The position numbers and the translations under genes are program-made. A stretch of 45,350 nucleotides of DNA, filler included, from Sphacelaria rigidula (taxonomy: Eukaryota): the NCBI GenBank assembly GCA_964200075.2. It is 2 parts of 2 records of this genome, joined end to end, with 100 filler letters (N's around TTAATTAATTAA, not from the genome) between each part and the next. Parts side by side here need not be neighbours in the genome. Positions count along the whole stretch, not along the records: positions 22,738 to 45,350 come from CAXNAA020000324.1; 1 more part is not named here. The stretch is one strand, 5' to 3'. The notes below the pieces were generated by a model. That model was not told the DNA's origin and made no database searches. It was given only the letters and a program-made list of their open reading frames with translations. Of the stretch, positions 22,738 to 34,762 are shown in pieces; the stretch's first letter is position 1; every line of letters begins with the position of its first letter.

Positions 22738-25700
22738 CCCCTTGCTGCTTCTGTTATTCGAAAACATGGTCCCATTGTACCGATGCCAGCCAGATACCCC
22801 GGCCGTACTTTCCCCCCCCCCCCCCTCCCCCGCAAAATTCGCAGAAACATGACCACGAATCCAACAGTGACAATTTTCACTTAACGAGGAATCTGACGTT
22901 AAAGGCAAGCGTCATCGAACGAAATTCAACGCTGTCGGAAGACAATCCTGACAAACACCGATCGATTCACATCAGCACCGCAACCACGTACCGCAGGGCG
23001 GTTATTCACCGCTGCGCCCCCTTGCCCCCTCCCGCCGCTGCCACGACCTTGGCCCCGTTCGCCCCACAGGTTACCCCGGCCTCCGCGACCAATATCGCGC
23101 GCCGCCCTCGCTGAGAGTGCGGATGCCGCTTGTGCGACTTCCTCTGTTCGGCGGTGCAAGCTTGCCTCTGCCTGCACCTCTGGAGGAGCGGTTTGTCGCA
23201 GCACGATGACCTTGTGTCCGAGTGCAATGCTGCGTGGACAAGGGTGCGTTGTTTTCGGGACGATGGCGGGGGATTTGAGGTAAAGGGTTCAGCAAGTGTT
23301 CTTAGCGGAGGAGATAGCGGAAGCGGGCTTGGAGTGTGAGGCTGTACTCGTAGCAGCGGCAACTTATAGTAGTTCAAGGAAGATGCGATAACGCTCCTTC
23401 AACTCCATTCGCGAGCGCAGGCTCATGGCAAGAGACAGCGCCCCGCTTGATGAGCATGTGGCAAACCGTCACAGTGCGGGAACATAAATATATATATATG
23501 AAAAACGGCCATTTCGCTGGCAAGGGCGACATCGCCAAACAGAAAATCACGGGCAGTCACTAGAGGATGCGTCGTTTTATCCGACAGTCAATCCCATATT
23601 TGATCTCTTGATGGTAATATCGGTCGATCGTCTCACACTAACTGATATTTTTCGAATATAGCCGTGGTGTCCAAAACATGGACGTATCCAAGTTACATCA
23701 ATGAAAACACAAGCCGGGAAGATATTCGGCCGAAGCAAAAAAAAAAAAAGACAAAAATAATATCAGAACCAACCCAAAACTACCGCAAAAATAAACGATC
23801 GAGGGGGGGAAGTCCACAGCCTCCGGACAGGACTGGTCTCCGAGAAGGAGTTCGTATGAAAAGCTAGGTCATCGAAGCAGGTTGCGACTCAACCATCCGG
23901 GAACCACACCGACACCAAAAAACACACTCAAGAAAAGGAAGACGAGATGAACAGAGAGAGATGGAGAGGGAAAATATGGAGGGAAAAGAGCGGAGAGCCA
24001 GAGTGAGGTAGTTTCGTCGCTTACCCGTACTGGGCCAGGGTGGCAGTGTCATCCTTCAAGTGTCTCCCGCCTGCAGGAGTCACGATACCGGAAACACGCG
24101 CATGCATGCGACACCAGAACAACAGCGACCGAGTGACGACGTAAAGTAAATAAAACTCGCGAGGAAGCGCATCACACCCGACGATCGACGGGTACAGCTC
24201 CGACTATTCGGCTCTGGCTTCCACTCACCTCGTGGCGGAGCTGCAGAAGCCTCACGTGATTTGCGGACCAATCTAGATAGATAGTACGACAAGGGGGTAC
24301 ATCTAGTGTACGGGTGCGACAGTGCGCGGCAAACTTTGCTGTCACATCACAAGACTCTTCGACACTTCGACCTGTACTAATACTACATATGGGTCATCTT
24401 TCATCTCACATCCCTACGTACATTCAATCGCTCGGTCTCCAACCTCCGTCACATGGACCTCGCGTGGACCACCGCAAAAAGCATGAGAAGTAACTGCTAT
24501 GGTCAGGTCATCATCTACGAGTAAGGGGTTGGTGATAGCGAAACACACGATATTTCGCCACTTGGGGGGGGGGGCGGGGGCGGTGCTTGCAAACGGAGGG
24601 GCACTGTTCAGCTAAAGCGTCGGGGCCAACGGCGTTGAAGGTCAGCCGATGGTATTGTTCCGAAGGGACATCTGTCGCCCGAGGGGCTAGTCATTTGACT
24701 GCGAGCTCCGTCCCAGGTATGAAAGGCAGGGGGCGGGGGGAGCATCCGAGGGGAAAGGGGGAGGTAGGAGTGCGCGTCCCTAGTACAATCAAGATGCATT
24801 TCAGACCAACAACCTGTGTTTCCAGGAAAGTTCCAGGTCGAGCGTTGGACCCAGAGGGAAGGCGAGTGATCATTTTGTTGATTCTGATCGGTCAACTAGC
24901 CTACTACCTCCCTGAATAAGATTGACTCAGGATGCACATTACAGCCCAGGATGTGCAACTCCGTAATCCGCAAGTAAGAAGCACTCGGCGATCACATGCC
25001 CATCTCCAGTACCTTCAGCGGCATAGAACACATGATTAGGAAGGCAGGTGGGCAAGCACGTGCGAAGCCCACGGCCCCTCCCCCAAAACAATATATGTAC
25101 GCGGTAAGTGAGACGTGAAGCAAGCATGCATAAATGCACCATCTCAAAACAACCTTCGAAACAAAAAAGTGGAGCAATCATGCAAGTCCATTGCCTCCCC
25201 TCCGCCGAATATATGTATGGGTCATTGTGTATAAACATATATATGATATCCTCCTGTCTTGGCCTCGAGCCGCTGAGGACGGGTTAGACCAGCTGAAGGA
25301 AATGACCCATGGAAAGACACAGCAAGTTGGCTAGTGCGGACTCGTACTGTCAAAATGCTCTGCACCACAACCGTGCGGGAGCTGGGTGACTCCTACTGTC
25401 GAGTCGCCTCCGCATGCGTATGCCTCACGGTGCTCACCACCCGTGACACGGTAGACCCCCTCCCCCGACCGTAGCCCCGAATTACCGAGATCGGGTTAGA
25501 CCAGCTGAAGGCAGCGACCCCTGGAAGGGTAAAACACTCGGCTCGTGCGGAGAATAAGTGATTCCTACCGTGAAACTGCTCCGCGTCACAGAAGTGCGGA
25601 ATTGAGTGACAACCACTGCCGCACTGCCTGCATCAAACGGTGGTAACCACCCGGAACATCGCTGCTATATGGCGATAACGTCGCAACACACCCGTCCCTA

Positions 25701-28144
25701 CCGGCGAGCGCCGCTAATCCGAGATATCATCACTATCGCCGAAAGAATTGTTTCCGTAGATCTGAGAGCAGGCAGCAACGTGAATGTAAGCATAAAGGTT
25801 GACTTGGTGAAGGTTGATGTGCTCGGGGCCTGCTAAACCCCGTGCAAGAGAAAGTAGGCAGGAACCGGAGTTGGCGAGAGAGAGCGCGGAGAGAAAGAGA
25901 GAGAGAGAGAAGCCCACGAATGGTGGATCAGACACTAGAAAAAAAGGGACACGCAGAGACAGAGGAAGAGGAGGGAAATGCCAGCTCGGCGAGCAGGCAA
26001 AGCACAGTCTCGCGCCAATCTCGCTGCTGCAAGGGCGGTGTCTCAGTCCAAGAACCTGGCGGTTGCCACCTGGAATGTACGAATCATGCCTGAGAGAGGA
26101 ACTGAAGGCGCAGGCCATGCAGAGGACCTGATGCTCTTTGCATCCAAGTACGACTGCGATTTCGTCGCCCTTCAAGAGACCCGTTGCGATGGGAGCATAT
26201 TCCAAGTGCCAACCGCGGGGTGTATCCTTCACTGCAGCGGCCTCTGCAATGGCGACGGGGGAAACTCAGAAACGCTCGGAGTCGGCCTTGCCGTTAAGGA
26301 GTCTATCGCCAGCACGCTAAGCTCAGAAGGCATAATCCCCGAACACGTGAGTGCAAGGATGCTCAAGGTGCGAGTAGCTTTCCGGCATAGAGTTGCCACA
26401 ACCGTCATCGTAGGGTGTACTCCTACTGTGACAGCACACGCCTCTGAAAAGACCAAGTTCTGGAAGACACTCGGTAATTCCGTCGCTGAAGTGCCCACCA
26501 ATGAGCACCTGGTACTTACAATTGATGCCAATGCTCGCACCGGAAAGAGAGAACGAAGAGGCCTGGATGACGCTCCGGTATTGGGAAAGTATGGCGGAAG
26601 ACACCTGGAAAAATAACGGTAGACACCTGCTGAATTTCGATGCGGAACATAAAATCGCGATCACCAACACATTTTTTCGCAAGCCAAGTCACGGGGGAAG
26701 CTTGGCCGATATACATATGAGGGACCAAACGCCGAACGCCGCTGACGCCTGGACTACATCCGAATGCGTCAGCAAGACCGAAGACTCGTCCTAGATGTCA
26801 CTGTGTACCCCAAGAAAAAGTCGAATCATCGACTGGTCTCAGCCACCATCCATCTCCTCGGACGGAGCGCAACCAACCGCCGACCAAAACCGAGAGGTGA
26901 GGACAGCGGACTGCGCTTCGACAACAAAATCCTCACACCCGATCGATGTTGGAGAGCGACTGTTTCGCAGCCTATTGTCGCCAAGCTCCCGCATACCACC
27001 AACTCCATCGCAGCCCTGGACATCAAAGACATGGCACCGACCTTCGCCAACGCCCTGCGACAGACGGTCGCGGATACACTCCCACGCTGGTCGAAGAACC
27101 TCCTATCTAGAGATTTCAGTAAATCGCCACAGGCTCAGGATCTCCTCCAAGAGGCGTGGAATATCAGGGAACGTGTATGGGAGAAACTACGCGCCAACCC
27201 CGAAGATCCTGACCTGACAGAGGCGCTGAAGGTGACAGACAAGGCGTTCAGGCGGGTGAAGGACGCTAAACTGCACAAAATCATTCACGAGTTCACCGTC
27301 AGGACAGCAGAGTTTGCTTGCAAGAAGGACCGAGCCGGGCTGTACCAACGCACCAAGTCCTTGGAACTGGAAGAGAAGAAAGAGTGCGGCTCAACTTACA
27401 CCAGGACCGCGACTGGCGAGTTGTGGCAGGACAAGCAAGCTATCCTACTACGGTGTAAGGAGTAGCTCGAAGTACTTCTGAACGCAACCTCGCTTACGAT
27501 CGACCACTTTACCATCGATCTCATCCAAAATATGCTGGAGCACGCACGGCTCGCGGCCGAGCCCTCGATGAAAGAAGTGAAGGAAGCAGTGAGCGAGCGG
27601 ATGAGCGGCAAGGCCATTGGGACGGGCAGCATCTGTGGCGAACTGTTGAATCCCGGCCGCAGCGAGGACTCTGCCATCCTGAAGTGCCTGCACAACACCG
27701 TACTGACCGTGTGGCGTCGGGAAGTAGTGCCACAGAAATGGAAAGACACCATCATCAAGGTGCTTTCAGGCAACAGGACCCGCACGAATGCGGCAACTAC
27801 CGCGGTATTTCGCTGGGGCCCCACGCGGGCGAGGTGGTTCTCAAACATAGTTGCGACTCGCCTCAGCGCTTACTGCGAGATTGAGGGTATCCTCCCAGAA
27901 GCTCAACGCGGTTTTCGACCCGGCCAGTAGACAGTCGATATGATGTACGTTTTGCGCAGACTCAGAGAAGTGGCCAAGGGAAGAATCTTCCACTGTACAT
28001 GTGCTTCATCGACCTTCAGAAGGCGTACGACTCAACGGACCACTCTCTTCTCTAGAAGGTGCTAGCACAACACGGTATCTCCGCCAAAATGATTTCCATC
28101 GTTCGCCAATTGCGCGATGGCATGCGGGCTTGCATACGTCTTAA

Positions 28145-28262
28145 CCCTTTTGGAACCCATTGACGATTTTTGTTTCTGTGAATCGGAATCATTGTCAGTC
28201 ATTCTTAAGTCAAAACGACGCCGATTTACGAGAAAAAAAATCGCCAATGGGCTCCCAAAGGG
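28145..28262. mobile_element. 118-bp piggyBac-like MITE inserted in the LINE RT
   Basis: TTAA at 28141-44 and 28263-66, CCC...GGG ends, about 40-bp imperfect TIRs. Removing it plus one TTAA restores MRACIRLNSREMSE*FNVNQGLRQG. Confidence 0.92.
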
Positions 28263-29284
28263 TTAACAGCCGCGAGATGTCTGAGTAGTTTAACGTTAAC
28301 CAGGGTCTCCGTCAAGGCTGTGTGCTTTTCTCCAGTTTGTTCGGCATCTTTTTTGCGACGGTACCGATGGTGCCGTTCGGTCGCTTCTCAATCAGTAAAG
28401 GGGTGGCGAAGGACTTCATCCGTATCGCTGAAGGGGGTAGGAAGACCAGGGACGAACTCAGCGAAGTCCTATGGGCCATGCTATACGCCGACGGCCCTGG
28501 CATTATCCAGCGATCTCAACTAAGGCTGGCAAAGATGATGACGGCCGTCGTCAAAGTCTGCACGGCATTCGGTCTCGTCGTGGCGGAAAAGAAGACGATC
28601 ACCATGCACATGCGCTCCACGAACATGAAGCCGGATGCGGGCGAGGTGGAGGCAGCGGGCTAAAGGTACAAGCAAGTTGAGTCTTTCGTTTATCTTGGCG
28701 GTAGCATCAGCAGCATCAGCGATGTCACTCCTGAGATCCACTGCCGCATTGGCCAGGCCTGGACGTGCTTCTTCAAGTACAGCAGAACGGTGTACGACAA
28801 CCCGTACATTGCCCTGGCCACCAAGGTTCGACTCCTGGAAGCTGAAAATATCGGGTTAGTGCTACACAGCTGCGTGACCTGGACGATCGCGCACGACAAT
28901 TTCGGCGCGTCACACCCACCGGGGATTCGTGCTGAGGTGCCTCAATAAGCATACCTCAAGCCACAGCGCTCCCGACTACTACATGATGCCATACCGCGAG
29001 GCCCTCGAAAGAACTGCCTACGAGTGCAACGAGGCTACCGCGACGAGGTGAATCCTTCTACACGCCGGCCACATCGTGCGCATGCACGACGGACGCCTCC
29101 ACAACATCGTCATGCCTGGAGTGATGGTCGGAGGGAAGACGAAAGCAGGCCGACCAGCAAGACGCCTACAACACCGTGTGTCACCGAGTACTGCTCCGAG
29201 TCCGGAATAAACGCGACATCGTGGACGCACGTTACCCAAGGCGTTTCCGAATGGTACCTAATCTTAAGAGAAGGGGGCTAAGAT

Positions 29285-29524
29285 GACTAATGCCGAGATA
29301 GCCCCCCCACAAAAAGTGCACCGGAGACCGTTCGACAAACGAGCTGCGATCCCACTATTGCGCTTGTTTGCAGCAATTTCGCCCATATGGGAGGCGTGTA
29401 GCAGTCCGAAATCAGCTATAACGCCCAAATGAGTCGCATCGTGCAGCCAGCTCTAACGGCATTTATGATCATCGCCTCCGTTGACTTTCTTGGCCGGTTC
29501 GGGGGGGCTATCTCGGCAACAGTC
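29285..29524. mobile_element. 240-bp MITE (GACT...AGTC ends, AGAT target duplication) inserted in the LINE
   Basis: TIR core TGCCGAGATAGCCCCCCC / GGGGGGGCTATCTCGGCA. AGAT at 29281-84 and 29525-28. The empty site reads like the RTE C-terminal 'GAKMYMAAW' after a one-base slip in the G run. Confidence 0.85.
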
Positions 29525-30401
29525 AGATGTACATGGCAGCCTGGACCAAAGCACGCCATGGTAGGGAATTGTTCGCTGTGTTACCGTCATTGCTCCCTCA
29601 GTGCCTATCGAGGACTACCGACACGTAGCGAGTGGACCGCCGCGTAGTACACTCGCTGATGCATCTGCCGTCTTCCGAACAGCTTTGGTATTCTTCTGTG
29701 AGGGTGCCGGGGGTTGTAGATTTGACCCTCGCTCGGTAGCCATTCTAATCTCTCTTGTCTTTTCTGCCTTTTATTTTTGTTCCCTTTCTTTTCTGCACCC
29801 GTAACTATAAAATATTATGCTTTTTTTTCACCTCGCCCCTATTAACTCGAAGGGAAGCTATTCCTCTACTGTTTTCTTGACGTCTATCTCCTTGTGTTTC
29901 TTTTCTTGCATTATTTTGCTTGTTTGCTCGTTTTGTTCCTGTTTTTTGCTCTTGTTCTTGGAGTTTTAGGAGAAACGATGAGAGCTCCACCTCTTATAAG
30001 GAATAGCAGGGAGCGTATTGGAAAGAAAAGCCCAGGTCTGTGATCACGGGTTCGAGATATCGGGCCAATGTGCGGAAATAATGATAATTATAAAAATAAT
30101 AATACGTTACATCGTGCTGACATTCGTGCAAGCGAGCAATTTATTATCGTGTCCGACTGGCATATTGGAAAATAAACTCCGGCTTGTACACATATGAACA
30201 TCTGTCCGAGCTGTTTGGGAAAGGTATCGATCGCTGGTTTGTGTGCTTAAGTGGGTGAGACTGAGCCAGACTTCGTTGAGGGCATAGCTTCACAGACATA
30301 CTACAGCTGTGTATCAGCATCATTGTGAATTGGTGTTTTGTCCCCTTCTTATACTCCATCGTGTCTTGTGTTTGGGGTGGTGGGGAAGAACGCGACAGAA
30401 A

Positions 30402-33323
30402 GGGCGTGTCTCAGCACGTTTTTTCAGACGAAGAAGTGCGATGTAACTGATTCGAGCGAATTCGTTCGTTTTTCGCGATTTGAGTCCGAGCGCATTTGCA
30501 AGCCTTCGACCGCAGAAAAAAGTGAATTTCGTGAAGCGGTATTTGCTCGCTTCTCGACAGAACAGACAGTACACGTACTGTACTGTCTGGACTTCGTGCA
30601 TACAGTGTGCCTGAGAGTGTGTACGTGTTTCGTACACTAGGATGCGAAAAAGAAGATGGCAAAATGCAGTACAAACAACAAAGGACTACATGCACTCTCT
30701 GCATACAACGCGACCCGAAAGGATTTAACGACGTGCAGTTTGTACTGCCTGCACTGTCCATGAGCGTATACGCAAGTCGGACGCCCACCCCACCGTATTC
30801 ATCGCCGACCTCTATCATGAAAGAAGATGCTCAAGTTTTCGCCAGCAGTAAACAGACCACGGTTAGGACAAATCACCACGACTCAAAATCACCAAATTAA
30901 CGATTTCTTCGGCCTGATTGCCCAAGGGGGGGGAGGGGGGGGTTGATCGCTCGTCCAAGGGGTATCCACNNNNNNNNNNACCTGGGTTGCAACGCTGAAA
31001 TAAAGCCTCGGGATTGATTCGTCACGAGTCGACTCATCGTACTAAAACCAAGTAGTTTTCAGACGAATAATTATTTGTCCGGCCCTTGAAATAGACACAT
31101 CATGCCCACCTACTGCGGTGTATCTATTCCTGTGCCCAACTCATGCTCAATGCCGCAGGATTGCGGTGGTAGCTGACAATGAATTGTGTGGGCTTTGCAT
31201 GGTTCTGTGAACAGGTGGTGTCTGCCGTGGTGTCAGACTGCAAGATAGGGGTCAAGTCAAGTGCTCCTTCGTACCTTTCCCCTGCATGTTTTCGATTGAA
31301 AAAGCTCAGCTTTGTTGTTCTTCACTTTCTGTCCGCGCGCCACTGAGGCCGTGTCTTAGGGCGTGCCTTGGCAAATTATTTCTCGATCGAAAAAAAGGGG
31401 CGATGGGAATGATTTGTACGCGCAATTCACTTATTGTTCTCGAGTTGGGTGCAACAGAATTTGCAAGCTTTCAATCGAAAAAAAACACGGTGAAAATCGT
31501 GAAGCGGTACATGGCCGCTTGTGTACAGTACAGACAGCTTGTACTGTACTGTCTGCACTGTTTGCAAGCAGTGTGTTTTGAGTGTGTGTTCGTGTCGTGC
31601 AGTAGGACGTGAAAGAGAAGCGAGCACGTACAGTACAGACGGCGCAGGACTATCTGTTCTCTCTGCTTACAATGCGAGGTGAAAAGGACTTTGACAACGT
31701 GCAGCTTTGTACTGTTTGCACTGTCCATGAGCGTATACGCAAGCCGGTTGCCCACCCTACCACGCAGTTCCGTCGCTGCTCCTTACCATGGAAGATGCTC
31801 ACGTTTTCGCCACCCAAAAATAAACGAAGCATACCCAGCTAATGCAGTGTATCTCTTCCTGCGCTCACTTGCGCGTTATGCTGAAGGGTAGCCCAGACAC
31901 GTGGAATGGCGCAAAAGTTGCGTGGATACTCCTTGGACCAGCGATCAATTTTTTCTCCCTTTTGGGCAATCAGGCCGAAGAAATCGTGAATTTGGTGAAA
32001 TTGAGTCGTGATGATTTTTCCTAATCATGCATGTTTTCGATCGGAACAGCTCAGCTTTCTTGTCTTTTACTTCTTCTCCGCGCGCCACTATCAAAAATAG
32101 TCCAAGTCAACTAGGAATAGAAATGCGGTAGACCCTTCAGATAGAAAACTTTCTTTCCCACCGCACTTTTCGATCGGAAATAAATGTGCTCAGGCTGTGT
32201 CTCAGCACACCACTGATCGATCGAAAAAAAGCGGTGGAAAACAAATACTCCGATCTGATCGGTCGTGATTTCAACAATCTTGAAAAAAAACTACGGCAGT
32301 TGAAATCACCACCTATGTGATGGGAGTTCTAAGCTTCCACCGCACTTTATTTTACGAACACCACACTTTTTCCGATCGTAAAATAAAGTGCAAAGACACG
32401 CTCTAAGAAAAGCTCTACTGTAATACCTTTGAAGCCAGCCAATGACAGAAATGCCGTGGACGTCTCAAGCAAACGTGTACTACAACAGCACCGAACTCGG
32501 AGAGTATTAGAGCTCTAGCGCTCGTTGTTTGTAAAAATGATAGTCTTTTGCAGCTAAACTTGGGTAGAATGCTCCTCTTGCGTTGCCGTGGCCTTGGTCG
32601 TCGCGTAGTGCATACCTACAGGGCATGAGGTGTGACGGCGGTGTCAAACAATAAAATCTGTTCCGAAATGATTCATACTCACTTGTGATTGGCTAGCGCA
32701 GCTGCCGGTCGGCCCGATACCTTACGAGTCAATCAGGATAACAATTTCTTACCTTTCGGTGTTGCCGTCCCATATATTCTGGACGCCGGTCTACACCTTT
32801 CGGTATATGTGGGCGCATCGGCCGGGGCCACACAGGAGGAAGGTCAACACAGCAGTTTTTTTTATTTGTTTTAGTACTCCATCTTCCTTCTGCGGTGCTT
32901 GCCTTTTTATTTTTATCGCGAGAGGGGTTCAGCAGTCCCTTTCCTTCGTCGACCGTGAAGTCGCTCTCCACTGTTGGGCATGAGAAAAAATCCCAGATCG
33001 CTCCGAGATCCGAACCCACAACCCGACCGTCAGAAGGTTTCGAGGTCACCAACTGAGCACGGTATCCTTGTATTGATTGGGTTGTTCATCAGCGCCAGCT
33101 TTACTCTCGAGTGAGGCTAGGAGGGGAGGGAAACAGAGGAAACAAACTTGTACTGAAATCGAAATGGAGACCGAACTCGAGATTGAAATCGATTTCGATG
33201 CGACAGCACGGCACTGGGCAGCTACTACAGGATTCTTCAGAGGTGTACCGCAAAACCCGCGGCTGTCGATACTTTTTTTCCATCGCACTTTCTCGATCGA
33301 AAAAAATGTGCTAAGACACACCC
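30402..33323. mobile_element. Cluster of nested PIF/Harbinger-like MITE copies
   Basis: Left termini resembling GGGCGTGTCTCAGCAC at 30402, 31347/31359 and 32193. Right termini resembling GTGCTAAGACACACCC end at 32403 and 33323. TTA/TCA/TAA flanks at several ends. 30402-30850 and 31359-31830 are diverged direct copies. Confidence 0.7.
32750..33060 (-). mobile_element. tRNA-derived SINE
   Basis: The minus-strand head has A-box-like GCTCAGTTGGT (33058-33048) and B-box-like GGTTCGGATC (33016-33007) without a complete cloverleaf, followed by a body of about 250 bp. It resembles an abundant brown-algal SINE as I recall it (not verified). Confidence 0.75.
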
Positions 33324-33797
33324 TACATCAGAGGGAACACTGCATGGTCAAGCGGAAGTCTCGGCGCATCAAGCCTTGGGCGCTGCTGTGTTAAGTAAGG
33401 GTTAACCCTTTCACCGCCAGGGTGGGTCCTCTGGTGAACCGGCGCCATATAATGTGGTACCCAGATCGCCCACCTTGACGGATCACGTTAATTGGTTGCA
33501 CTTGTCGCAAGTATTTCTCCGCAAAAAGTTTCAGGTTACATCAATAGTCAATACAACTGTACAGTGAAGTATCAATAGTGCAGATAGAATAGGTAAGAGC
33601 AGTAGAAGTGATGCATAATTGACGTTACGGGTAGCTAGCCAGGTCTGTGGGTAGTATCGCCTGTACAGCACAACAGAGCCTTAAGCACTTCGTGCGGCGC
33701 AATAAGTGAATGAAGTGTCGTACGGCATACGCTGTAGCCAGCGTACAAGAATACTCCGCGATACAGACAGACAGTTGCCTTCGCTTGGCATACACAC

Positions 33798-33930
33798 CTG
33801 CTAGGAGCTTCAAAGTTGAGACGCCCAAACCCGAGGCTCTTGACACAGCCTGCTTCAGCTCCAGTACAGTAGCCGTCTCTAGGTCTATTTCCACGGACCC
33901 CTTGTGTTGCCCAACGATGCGGAGCGCCAT
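33798..33930 (-). CDS. First coding exon of a ubiquitin-like-domain protein, resembling the N-terminus of NUB1-type proteins; later exons not located
   Basis: ATG at 33930, MALRIVGQHKGSVEIDLETATVLELKQAVSRASGLGVSTLKLLA-G|gtgtgt. The 'TVxELKxxV...G...LKLL.G' pattern is typical of UBL folds. The NUB1 resemblance is from memory of plant NUB1 N-termini and is not verified. Confidence 0.7.
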
Positions 33931-34429
33931 ACGCACTGATACGGCCCGACGTGCTGGATAGGTGTCGTGTTCTGAATGGAGCTTCAACAAGTAGTACGGT
34001 TATAGAACACCGTCGTACTGCTGTCACTCTTTTCGTCGCACTGATGAACGCACGTAACGGTTACGTAGAAACAACAAACAGCACCGGTGATGTGTCCACA
34101 TACACAGCCAGTTGGAACAACGTGCAGAAAACGCACTTCGTAGATGAATATGATGGCAGCGTTGTACCGCACAGACCAACGATGATTTCCGGACACAAGC
34201 TGAACATCTGGACTCATGCTCTCGAAGTTGTACAATACTTGAAACATCTTCTAACTTGTTGATGGAAATTGTCGTTTTCCATTATACTGTTGATATGTCA
34301 GGAAATTGTCCGCGGTTCAGTCCCATCTGGTCAGCACCCACATCCCTACAGCCCACAACGCTGGGTAGCTGCTGTGACAAGGCAGTGAAGGTCGAGAAAC
34401 TTGCTGAAGTCCACTGGAGGGCATATACC
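33931..34429. promoter_or_regulatory. Putative bidirectional promoter/5'UTR region
   Basis: About 500 bp between divergent ATGs (33930 minus, 34430 plus). Inferred from geometry only. Confidence 0.5.
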
Positions 34430-34442
34430 ATGGGGAAAAAAG
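34430..34442 (+). CDS. IFRD1: IFRD-family exon 1 (13 coding nt)
   Basis: acc-ATG GGG AAA AAA G|gtaaac. Phase 1 matches exon 2 and gives MGKKGKKGS. Confidence 0.65.
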
Positions 34443-34762
34443 GTAAACTCGCCTAGTGATGGGGACAACCACTGATTGCCGTAAAAGGGTGAAAAATTGT
34501 TTTTAACAACGGGCTGGAAGACATCAGCTGCGCCGCCGTCTGGTCTTCTGCATATGGTATACCGCTCTGCCTCCCACCACATTTGCTGCTGCTGCAATGC
34601 ACCGTGCAGTTTTGTACCATGCACAGGGTGCTGTTGTACCTTGCATCGTCCAAGTTGCCGCCTCGCAAATATGCAGCCGCACGCTGCGGTTTTGGTTCCT
34701 CCCTGCTGTTGTCCTGAGGGCAAATTCCTTCATAAAACTGCTACTGTGCTGTTGTACCACAG

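Larger units (their letters stand above)
25250..30103 (+). mobile_element. Near full-length, inactivated RTE-type non-LTR retrotransposon (APE endonuclease + reverse transcriptase)
   Basis: APE motifs ATWNVR, VALQETR, GVGLAV, DANARTG, ITNTFF, SNHRLV. RT motifs PQKWKD, NYRGISL, ILPEAQRGFRP, CFIDLQKAYDS, QGLRQGCVL, AMLYADG, FVYLG. Many stops and frameshifts. T-rich 3'UTR, TGTGATCACGG at 30039 and an (AAT)n-like tail to about 30103. The 5' boundary is approximate and no TSD was found. Confidence 0.93.

Noticed and set aside
24939..25012. Candidate second exon of the UBL gene (GTGDGHVIAECFLLADYGVAHPGL*)
   Set aside because: The phase fits and LADYGV is ubiquitin-like, but the spacing is wrong, the acceptor is weak and it stops immediately, so it is likely chance.
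25246..25310. HDV-like ribozyme at the LINE 5' end
   Set aside because: Only partial pairings (TCCTC/GAGGA, GGC/GCC). No proper P1/P2/L3 pseudoknot could be drawn.
33000..33060. tRNA gene
   Set aside because: A and B boxes are present but there is no full cloverleaf or acceptor stem, and it is attached to a SINE body.
33397..33425. Third piggyBac-like end (AAGGGTTAACCCTT)
   Set aside because: No convincing partner TIR with TTAA was found.
19324..33798. Single UBL-SPAG16 fusion gene on the minus strand
   Set aside because: The phases are incompatible (1 versus 0), the conserved SPAG16 N-terminal exons are absent, and an artificial spacer lies between.
34041..34072. Hammerhead ribozyme core (CTGATGA...stem...GAAAC)
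   Set aside because: The stem II closing pair is not canonical and stems I and III cannot be formed with the flanks.
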